48,124 nt of DNA from Sedimentisphaerales bacterium. Its GTDB lineage: Bacteria; Planctomycetota; Phycisphaerae; Sedimentisphaerales; SM23-30. A model generated the notes under the pieces. It was not told the DNA's origin, ran no database searches, and saw only the letters and a list, made by a program, of their open reading frames with translations. The position numbers and the translations under genes are program-made. Of the stretch, positions 47,499-48,124 are shown one piece after another. Numbering within the stretch: position 1 is the stretch's first letter; every line of letters begins with the position of its first letter. The stretch is from positions 1-48,124 of the forward strand of contig CAXXFK010000014.1 in the NCBI GenBank assembly GCA_963663965.2, given 5' to 3'.

Positions 47499-48124
47499 TC
47501 AGTTGCTGGCGACCACTTCAATCGGAATCGCCGGTAGAAATCCAGCCGAAGTCCGCCGTTTGGGCCCGGTCGGCTTGCCTTCTTTATCTTTCGGCACATA
47601 ATAGGTAAACGCCTCGACAATCACGTTGTCCTTAAACCCATCGCTCATGCTGTCCTTGTCGGCAACCAGCTCAAACGCGAATCCCTCCGGCACGACTTTA
47701 TAACCTGCCAGCGCCAAACCCTCTGGCGCGTCTCTCAGCTCCAATTCCATATCTTTCAGCGCGTCCCGTTTATACGTTTTCATCAACACCTGCGCGCGCC
47801 CACCCATCGGCACCTGAATCGGGCAATCCCCCAGCAATGCCACTGCCGGTGTACTCCATTTCTGATTGACAATTGTCGCCAGCATATTCTGCGTCGGCAC
47901 CAGATGACGGTACAAAAACGCCCTGCATGGTATCTTCCGCGGCGCGGGCCATCCGCACCGTCTCTTTGCCATCCACCTGACAGCGCCCCACAATCTCCAC
48001 GGCAATAGGCCCGGTCTTTTCGGCGGCGCCTTCGCCGGGGCCTTTAACGTCATTCGCACACAATCGCAGCCCGCCGGCACCACATTGCCCTCCAGTTCAA
48101 AACCGGCCATGGTGTCTTTCAAGC
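47499..48124 (-). CDS. C-terminal end of a large hypothetical protein (possibly PPC/peptidase-associated planctomycete type); truncated at the right edge with apparent compensating frameshifts
   Basis: Two frames join to VRMTLKAP...PIAVEIVGRCQVDGKETVRMARAAEDTMQAFLYRHLVP...GFLPAIPIEVV. Confidence 0.65.
   Translation of the reverse strand, partial: LKDTMAGFELEGNVVPAGCDCVRMTLKAPAKAPPKRPGLLPWRLWGAVRWMAKRRCGWPAPRKIPCRAFLYRHLVPTQNMLATIVNQKWSTPAVALLGDCPIQVPMGGRAQVLMKTYKRDALKDMELELRDAPEGLALAGYKVVPEGFAFELVADKDSMSDGFKDNVIVEAFTYYVPKDKEGKPTGPKRRTSAGFLPAIPIEVVASN

Noticed and set aside
1..48124. CRISPR array, tRNA, rRNA, transposase or integrase
   Set aside because: No regularly spaced repeats, cloverleaf or rRNA signatures, or recombinase ORFs were seen by eye.

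Overview
A 48 kb window from a diderm bacterium, most likely Planctomycetota (Phycisphaerae-like). That assignment is inferred from the PEP-CTERM proteins, the C-terminal dockerin-like tags and the planctomycete-type hypothetical proteins. Left to right it holds: a minus-strand flagellar operon (small ORF-flgF-flgG-flgA-flgH-flgI-flgJ-flgN-flgK) under a near-consensus sigma54 promoter; two distantly related membrane-anchored coiled-coil genes that share an upstream palindrome; uvrA, a Tat oxidoreductase, hflX, a single-domain response regulator and an orphan fliN-like gene; a divergent sulfate-assimilation locus (Rrf2-DUF2061-cysH-cysD-cysNC opposite ygbA-like plus a large sulfite reductase/GltD-DsrL-like/ferredoxin fusion); hisI; a PilZ protein with a hybrid kinase; Kelch and YkgJ genes; a small AT-rich accessory patch next to a SUFU-like gene; a GH78/LamG/PEP-CTERM/dockerin surface cluster with two copies of a palindromic MITE-like repeat; and a compact WXG100 + FtsK/EccC-like (type VII secretion-like) operon. 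The best candidates for undescribed biology are: (1) the minimal T7SS-like operon in a diderm; (2) the single-chain sulfite reductase fusion with two complete Cys ligand sets; (3) three sulfur-operon proteins ending in a CysK-docking-type [DEN]-Y-x-I tail; and (4) the possibly co-regulated coiled-coil pair. Single-base insertions in short runs cluster at both window ends and are probably assembly errors. No rRNA, tRNA or CRISPR array was seen.
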